Below are positions 58,187 through 64,000 of a stretch of 64,000 nucleotides of DNA, piece by piece. The DNA is from a virus, in IMG/VR virus record IMGVR_UViG_3300045988_122657, positions 25,488 through 89,487 of that record. The stretch is one strand, 5' to 3'. Within the stretch, counting starts at the first letter, position 1. Every line of letters begins with the position of its first letter. The notes below the pieces were generated by a model that saw only the letters and a list, made by a program, of their open reading frames with translations, made no database searches and had not been told where the DNA came from. The translations under genes were made by a program, and so were the position numbers.

Positions 58187-58381
58187 TTATTCTGTATCTG
58201 TATCATCATCAAAAAATCCAACGCAAGCAAGCATATAGACAGCGGTAATCATTACCAATAATGCTTCTAAAATGAAGGCTTGCGGTATCTTTATAAACGC
58301 AATAATAGCCATTGCAATTCCTACAAGTGCAACGGCTATGTCTATCGGTTGTGGTTTATGTAGTTGTACTTTATTTTCCAT
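58187..58381 (-). CDS. small membrane protein (2 TM)
   Basis: 'IDIAVALVGIAMAIIAFI' and 'ALLVMITAVYMLACVGFF'. Confidence 0.45.
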   Translation of the reverse strand: MENKVQLHKPQPIDIAVALVGIAMAIIAFIKIPQAFILEALLVMITAVYMLACVGFFDDDTDTE

Positions 58382-58398
58382 TGTTCTTCCTTCTTTCT

Positions 58399-58650
58399 TT
58401 ACTCGTCAACTCTTTCTATCATGAAGTTACCACCATGATATAAGTTGAGTCCGTGATTTCCACCAGTGATATATGCATCATCAGTGATCCCATCACGTTC
58501 TATATCTTCATCTGTAATGAATACACCCATATTTCCATCAGATTCTAGTTGATCGATCGCAAGATCTAAGATTGCACCATAATCCGTTGTAGGTTCGTCA
58601 ACTGTTACAAGTTCGCTGAAATAACCAAAAATCACTTTATATTTTGTCAT
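58399..58650 (-). CDS. hypothetical protein
   Basis: 83-aa ORF. Confidence 0.4.
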   Translation of the reverse strand: MTKYKVIFGYFSELVTVDEPTTDYGAILDLAIDQLESDGNMGVFITDEDIERDGITDDAYITGGNHGLNLYHGGNFMIERVDE

Positions 58651-58745
58651 AATATCCTTCCTCCAGCCCTTTACGGGACTTTATTTCCATTTATAGGTTC
58701 AACAAAATAGACAAGCCGTGTTTTGACTTGTCTATAATATTCAAT

Positions 58746-59108
58746 CTATAAATACGCTACAAACTCTGAAAAATCAACCGTATCATATAAGTTCTTGATT
58801 TTTTCATGATACACATTATCCAGTTCTTCTTCAGTATCTACCCATGCAATACCATCAAAAACTTTTTTTGCTTCTTGCAAGATATACTGTTTTGCTAATG
58901 GCTGTAAATCACAAACAACCGTTTCTGCTTCTTTATGTGGACAAAATGGTTCAATAAGATCCATTCTTATGTTATCTTGAATATAACTTTCCAAACTTGA
59001 ACCGTTCTTTTTATCATCTGATTTATTAAAAAATTCTAACAGTTGTCCAACCGTTAGAATTTTAATCTCATTGTCATCATATTCATCAGCATATAAATAT
59101 TGTTCCAT
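58746..59108 (-). CDS. hypothetical protein
   Basis: 120-aa ORF. Confidence 0.45.
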   Translation of the reverse strand: MEQYLYADEYDDNEIKILTVGQLLEFFNKSDDKKNGSSLESYIQDNIRMDLIEPFCPHKEAETVVCDLQPLAKQYILQEAKKVFDGIAWVDTEEELDNVYHEKIKNLYDTVDFSEFVAYL

Positions 59109-59131
59109 AATTCAAACACTCCTTTTATTTC

Positions 59132-59644
59132 TTACCATGATTTAACAATAGTTCCATAGATTGCATGGAATAAAGTATTTTCGTACTTTTCATTTTCACA
59201 ACCACTTAATTTTTTTAGCTGATTTCTCATATTGTCATACACTTCCTGGAATTCTGTATATGCTTTTTTAGATACTTCTAACTGTTTTTCTAATGAAATA
59301 AGTTTATCTTTTAAGTGGTCAATTCTATCATTGATTTTTTCTTTAATCTGATCCATGTCATAAAAGATAGTTGTATAAGTTCCATGATCATATTTTGTTT
59401 CGTGGCAGAAAATAGAATCACGTTCGTATCCGCTGAATTCTGACCATCCACAAATTGATAATTCTGCATTATTATCTTTTTTTGTATATGTAGCTCCGTC
59501 AAAATTCTTAGACATATTCTTAAATGGCGTACCATCTTTTTTAGTTGGGTAGGTAACTTTTTTCCATGTTTCAATTAAACATTTTGTTCTTTCGATTTCT
59601 CTCTTGATTTCTGTCTGAATTCCATCTAAATTATAATAATCCAT
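59132..59644 (-). CDS. hypothetical protein
   Basis: 170-aa ORF. Confidence 0.45.
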   Translation of the reverse strand: MDYYNLDGIQTEIKREIERTKCLIETWKKVTYPTKKDGTPFKNMSKNFDGATYTKKDNNAELSICGWSEFSGYERDSIFCHETKYDHGTYTTIFYDMDQIKEKINDRIDHLKDKLISLEKQLEVSKKAYTEFQEVYDNMRNQLKKLSGCENEKYENTLFHAIYGTIVKSW

Positions 59645-59661
59645 AATAATACCTTCTTTCT

Positions 59662-60600
59662 TTAATAATACATTTCTACGTTTCTTTCCATTTCTTCTTG
59701 CAAGATCATTTCTTGATTATAAGATAATTCATCCCTGGTTAATCCTAAACTATTTAAAGTATCTGTTGGGTCTTGCATAATACAGAATTCATGGTTGGCA
59801 AGTTCTTTTCGGATCATTTTTCTAAATTCATCATCTGTTTTTTTCATTTCTGAAAATGAATCTTCTAAGATTATCTTATATTTTGCCAACGTATCAACTA
59901 TTTTTTTATCTTTAAAGTAACAGAAGCATACAGTTGAAAAATACTTGTATTCTTTCTTTAGTTTTTTAAACTCAGCTTCTTTCTTTTTGTCGGGTGTAAA
60001 ACCGCAATAATACATTGACAAACTATCATATCTTTGTGGATAATAATTCAAAAGATAGTTATTTCTACGTTGATATTCGTCATAAGTTGACACTGGAAAC
60101 AAAAAGTCACTATCCAAAAATAGTGACTCATTTAAGCGTTCTATGTATCGTTTTCTTAATTCTTGAATGTTGGTTGCTGGATGATGCAACTGATAATCAT
60201 TAGCATAATAGATATGCTTTTTGTTCTTAAAAATAAGAACTGAATATCCAAAGTATTTTCCTAAATCAACAAAGAAACAATCATGACCATTGATTGCTAT
60301 ATGATCAAGTGAAATTGCTTTTGTTTCGTTATATGTCAAGTTCTCAATTTCTGTGATATTCATATTTGCATACTTGACAATGTCTAAGATCTGTTTACAA
60401 GCATCACTGTAGCCACCTGGAAGTGTTTCATCTCTCATGATTCCTCCGTTAGCACGCCATTCTAAATTATCGATCATCATGTTTGGATCTTTGTATAATT
60501 CTTCCATGAATTCTTCAAATGATTCAATATCATCATTTTGCACAAGGAAGCCTTCAACAAGATTTCTTACTTTTGTTTCGTTTGTCTTATTCATCATCAT
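59662..60600 (-). CDS. hypothetical protein (312 aa)
   Basis: Long ORF; no motif recognised. Confidence 0.5.
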   Translation of the reverse strand: MMMNKTNETKVRNLVEGFLVQNDDIESFEEFMEELYKDPNMMIDNLEWRANGGIMRDETLPGGYSDACKQILDIVKYANMNITEIENLTYNETKAISLDHIAINGHDCFFVDLGKYFGYSVLIFKNKKHIYYANDYQLHHPATNIQELRKRYIERLNESLFLDSDFLFPVSTYDEYQRRNNYLLNYYPQRYDSLSMYYCGFTPDKKKEAEFKKLKKEYKYFSTVCFCYFKDKKIVDTLAKYKIILEDSFSEMKKTDDEFRKMIRKELANHEFCIMQDPTDTLNSLGLTRDELSYNQEMILQEEMERNVEMYY

Positions 60601-60707
60601 AATAATATACCTTCTTTCTTAAATACCCGACTTACATTAGTTATAAAAGCGGGATTTTAAATAGTTACAATAAAAAAGACACAATCTTTTTAGATCGTGC
60701 CTTTGGT

Positions 60708-61394
60708 TTACTGGTTACAATGGCAAGATACCCAACAATTCGGTTGATTGCAAGGGTGTAAACCTTTACCGCCGTTATTCTCCGGGCAATGTTCACAATT
60801 GCCAATGTTATTTTCAGAGTACATAAATTTTATATACTCATTTTGTGTAAAGCTAACACCATACACGTTTCTTGTATATGGGCTGTATGCTTTATATACT
60901 TCCAACATACCGTAGTAGGCTTTTACACCTACTCTACCGATATTTCTTTTTTCTGAAGGACTTAAAAATAAAGATCCTTCATTGTTTAATTTGTTTTCAA
61001 ACAATCTTACAACTTTTGTGTTTTCACTTTCTTTTTCATGATTCTCAAAATAATCTAATGGCAAAGATTCAAATGCTGTATACATTTCAATATCGTATTC
61101 ATGCGTTTCTTTCCCATATGCTTCTAGCTTCATGGAAATTGTATCATCTAACCAATGACCAGCATTAAGACAATACTCTTTCTCATCATCATTTTCTAAG
61201 AAGAAATAAATTACAACTTGATTGTTTTTCATCAAAGGGATCTCATAGATTTCTGCATTTGATGGAATATTAACCATGTCCATCAATGTTCTACAAAGAT
61301 TTAACAGTTCTTTACCATCTTCTTCTGTGCGATCTAGTGCTGAAGGTGGGAAAGAACAGATTTTTTCAACAATTGGCATAAAATTATTTTTATT
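60708..61394 (-). CDS. hypothetical protein with Cys-rich C-terminus
   Basis: Probable start MNKNNF at 61394 in the GAAGGAAATTATG context. C-terminus 'CEHCPENNGGKGLHPCNQPNCWVSCHCNQ'. Confidence 0.45.
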   Translation of the reverse strand, partial: NKNNFMPIVEKICSFPPSALDRTEEDGKELLNLCRTLMDMVNIPSNAEIYEIPLMKNNQVVIYFFLENDDEKEYCLNAGHWLDDTISMKLEAYGKETHEYDIEMYTAFESLPLDYFENHEKESENTKVVRLFENKLNNEGSLFLSPSEKRNIGRVGVKAYYGMLEVYKAYSPYTRNVYGVSFTQNEYIKFMYSENNIGNCEHCPENNGGKGLHPCNQPNCWVSCHCNQ

Positions 61395-61981
61395 CATAAT
61401 TTCCTTCTTTCTACTTATCAGACTTGATAAGATTTTAAAATTTAATAGTTCTATAATGCCGATTAAAGCGGTATGCAAGACAGTGAACAATGTTCATATA
61501 ATTTGTATACAAATTACTAACTACTAGGGTACAAGCCGTTGGCGTTCATTTATAAATACAAATATACTACTAATTGATATACTTGCCATTGTGCTATAAT
61601 CAGCACTAACAACCATTAAAAAGTTGTTTAAAGTTTGAACCATGTCTTTTCTACTCTAAGACAAGAAAAGAGTTGCTACAATTTGTTACAAAAAAACAGA
61701 GTATCAAAAAATGATACCCTTAAGTTTAGATCCGTTCAATGTTATGTTATCCCTTATATATTACAAATATATAAGTTGTCTTTTGCTTCTTGTATGTGTT
61801 AATCCTTTGATTACGGTTTATTCCCTACTCTGCCACACGGCTTCTACTCATCAAGTGTCTTTGCGTTAAACCCTTGCAACATTACTTGCATATTATCTAG
61901 GGTTCAACTTGTATCATCATACAAGACAAAAAACTATTGAATTGTGTCTGCCACTTTAAAATGAATTTTATTTTATCAGAA

Positions 61982-62083
61982 TTGACAAAACTTTTTAAGA
62001 TATGTTATACTTAGATTGTCTAGAACTAAGTATTTTATACTTAATGGGCTTGTAGGTGTTACCAGCACTTATAAGCCTTTTTT
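61982..62083 (+). ncRNA. candidate small non-coding transcript: plus-strand promoter followed ~35 nt later by an intrinsic terminator
   Basis: -35 TTGACA (61982-61987), 17-nt spacer, -10 TTATAC/TATACT (62005-62011). Hairpin ACTTAG-N11-CTAAGT lies at the predicted 5' end. Terminator: 12-bp stem GGCTTGTAGGTG/CACTTATAAGCC (2 mismatches) + T6 at 62047-62083. No ORF. Confidence 0.35.
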
Positions 62084-62265
62084 CATTATCCTTATGTACA
62101 TTTCATCATGTACAACCGTTTTATTTATTTTTAAGATTTACTTTTGTTTGCCATCCTTTCGAGCTGGTTTGTAAGTGATCGTTAATTGATTAGCTTGAAA
62201 GCTGGTGTTTCAAGTATCGGTTGTTATCACCACTCTTTTGTGCTTCTCTTTTAACTTGTTTTAAG

Positions 62266-62393
62266 TATATCATATTTGATATACCTTGTCAAGAGTTTTT
62301 AAACTCTTTTTTGTTTTTAAATCAAAGGCTTTTGTTTTAATGCCTTATCTTTAAGACACTTATACTATATCATATTTGATATATGTTGTCAAT
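62266..62393. repeat. two ~28-bp direct repeats exactly 100 bp apart, each containing palindrome ATATCA-N4-TGATAT followed by TTGTCAA
   Basis: 'tatatcatatttgatataccttgtcaag' (62266-62293) and 'tatatcatatttgatatatgttgtcaat' (62366-62393). The first is followed by an intrinsic-terminator hairpin AAGAGTT-TTTA-AACTCTT + T-run (62291-62319). Confidence 0.5.
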
Positions 62394-62412
62394 ACGTTTT
62401 TTGTGTTATAAT
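62380..62412 (+). promoter_or_regulatory. extended -10 promoter (TGtTATAAT) for the downstream HTH regulator gene
   Basis: 'ttgtcaatacgttttttgtgTTATAAT', with TATAAT at 62407-62412 preceded by TGn. Overlaps repeat copy 2. Confidence 0.45.
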
Positions 62413-62475
62413 ACAAATATATTACAAAAAAGAAAAATTACCTTATTATATAGAAAGAAAAGGAATAATATAAAT

Positions 62476-62721
62476 ATGATTGTTAAAAATCAAAGTGATA
62501 TTATCACATTGTTAAAAATGCAAATGAAAAATAATAATATAAGTAACAGTGAACTTGCAAGACGTGTTGGAGTATCTCAACCAAACATTGCAAGAACATT
62601 AAATAATAATAATCACAGTATTAAATTAGATACTCTTTTTAAATATCTTGACGCTTGTAATTTATCCTTAGATATTAACATAGTATCAAATAATACCAGT
62701 GCAGATAGCAAAGACAATTAA
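62476..62721 (+). CDS. XRE/Cro-CI-type HTH transcriptional regulator
   Basis: ATG at 62476 preceded by AAAGGAA. 'NSELARRVGVSQPNIARTLNNNNHSIKLDTLFKYLDACNLSL' is an HTH_XRE-like helix-turn-helix. ORF-track start 62383 is upstream of the RBS. Confidence 0.55.
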   Translation: MIVKNQSDIITLLKMQMKNNNISNSELARRVGVSQPNIARTLNNNNHSIKLDTLFKYLDACNLSLDINIVSNNTSADSKDN

Positions 62722-64000
62722 ACTATCTTATATCACTTGTACTCTGCCTATGCACTCTATAACATATTTACAGCCGTTTAAACGTGTTATAACGTGAGTA
62801 TGCAAGTATAACGTGTATTATATAGAAAGAACTCATACAGTACGTCATTATTGATATAGTGTATTAGTATATGTATTATAGTATTGTGTGTATTGCTTGC
62901 GTATGCCGTAGGTGTACTCTCGTATAGTATTATGTATATATACTATATCTATATATTGTGTCATAGGTGTATATGGTATATAGTTGTATGTTATACTATT
63001 ATATGCTATTATATAGTTATCGTAGTTTGGATCTAGTTTTGCGTGGTAGTATGATCTATACTATCGTGTTATGTTTGTATATGTTTTTATATATGTATGA
63101 TAGCTTGATCTTGTATGATTGTTATATATTTATTTGTTTAGTTTGTATTTTAATTTGTGTATTTGTTGCAAGTGCTGGAAGTCTGCCAAACATCGAACAC
63201 TTGTTTGCTTAGTAGTGTATCATGGTTTTGCTATGCTGTCAAGTGGTATAGATAAAAGCTATGGGTGAATTGTTTGGTATAGAGTTAAGTTATAGGTGGG
63301 TTGATTGTTAACTTATATAGAGTTTGGTGGTTAACAATGATATAATGTGATCTTTTTTGATTGTTTGTGATTTTGTTAGATATAGAAAATATTGTTTTGC
63401 TGGTGTTGTGTAGCGTGAAGTTTTATTTTGTGTTGATGGCGTGGATAGACTATCCAACACATTATGTAAAAGTGTTGGATAATAGACAAGCGTTGTGTAA
63501 ATAGTCGCAAAGTAGTAGTCCTATTTTGGAATACTACGACACGTCGTAAACCATATTATATTATACAGCATCTGATACACTATCATGTAGTTTTGAATAC
63601 TACGTGGAAATAGTTGGGAATTATCTGCACTCTGCACCCTGATCTACCTATAAATTATTTACAATCATTTACAAAAATTCATTTGATAAAATTATAGTAT
63701 TTCAAATAGATTTTTACAATTTTAACCATGTAAAAATATGGTTGTAAAAGATCTCAAACCAGCATAACGGGGGTTGGTTTACATTTCAAAAATTGGAGAT
63801 AACTGTCATTTTAGACAGACGTGTTCAATCACCGTGTCAACTAAAATTTTTCGACCCACTGTCACAAAATCATCACTTTCCCAAGCAATTTCCTACACTT
63901 TCCTAGATAAACACTTTCTGCTAATCGAAAACATGTCCTCGGAGGCGTCGTCGAGCGAATCGTTTATTTTACTACTCTTTTTTCGACGCTCTCAGAACCC

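Noticed and set aside
59311-59574. Alternative-frame minus ORFs inside longer genes (59311-59574, 16746-16949, 24657-24839, 4360-4563, 46957-47139)
   Set aside because: Completely contained in larger same-strand ORFs with better start contexts.
62967-63212. Plus-strand 81-aa ORF (MYMVYSCMLYYYMLLYSYRSL...)
   Set aside because: Lies in the C-depleted GT/TA-rich tract. The Tyr/Leu/Met/Cys-only composition is what that nucleotide bias yields in any frame, and there is no RBS.
63631-63650. Third partial copy of the operator motif ('ctgcaccctgatctacc')
   Set aside because: Shares only the 9-mer tgcaccctg with the two promoter cassettes; no inverted half-site and no promoter hexamers. Probably coincidental.
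1-64000. CRISPR arrays, IS elements, rRNA genes
   Set aside because: No regularly spaced direct repeats with unique spacers, no transposase-like ORFs with terminal inverted repeats, and no rRNA-like conserved stretches were seen.

Overview
This AT-rich window looks like the early and replication region of a large Firmicutes-type phage or prophage. Apart from two small plus-strand HTH regulator genes, every gene lies on the minus strand, and no structural genes (capsid, tail, terminase) are present. Positions 1–14.9 kb hold a bacterial-type replisome and recombination module: partial NAD-dependent ligase, 3D-domain protein, RecD-like helicase, DnaE Pol III alpha, RecJ-like DHH protein, DnaG-type primase, DnaB-like helicase, Sak4/AAA_24-like RecA ATPase and a putative SSB. 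Positions 15–30 kb hold regulatory and nucleotide-metabolism genes: two sigma-70-family sigma factors, tandem Cys-rich paralogs, two nucleoside-deoxyribosyltransferase-like proteins flanking an NrnA-like DHH-DHHA1 phosphoesterase, an RlaP-type nucleotidyltransferase next to a HigA-like HTH, and a membrane-anchored J-domain protein. Positions 30–48 kb contain a tRNA-Met-like gene carrying a ~70-nt insertion in the anticodon loop, a flotillin plus PspA-like membrane pair, antirepressor (Bro-N/KilA-C) genes, a promoter-proximal MazF/PemK-like toxin, a metallophosphoesterase, a tyrosine recombinase and a replication-initiator-like HTH protein. Positions 48–61.5 kb are about 30 tightly packed small genes of unknown function, many starting in the conserved context GGTGGAAATTATG (giving MEIM-type N-termini), with two tRNA-like minihelix elements in the rare intergenic gaps. 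Positions 61.5–64 kb are a complex non-coding control region with a promoter-to-terminator mini-transcript, 100-bp-spaced palindromic repeats, an HTH regulator gene, and a ~700-bp C-depleted GT/TA-rich ORF-free tract. Two near-identical ~55-bp promoter elements, each embedding the palindrome TTGCACC-N9-GGTGCAA, sit 39 kb apart and drive the 3D-domain gene and the MazF-like gene.
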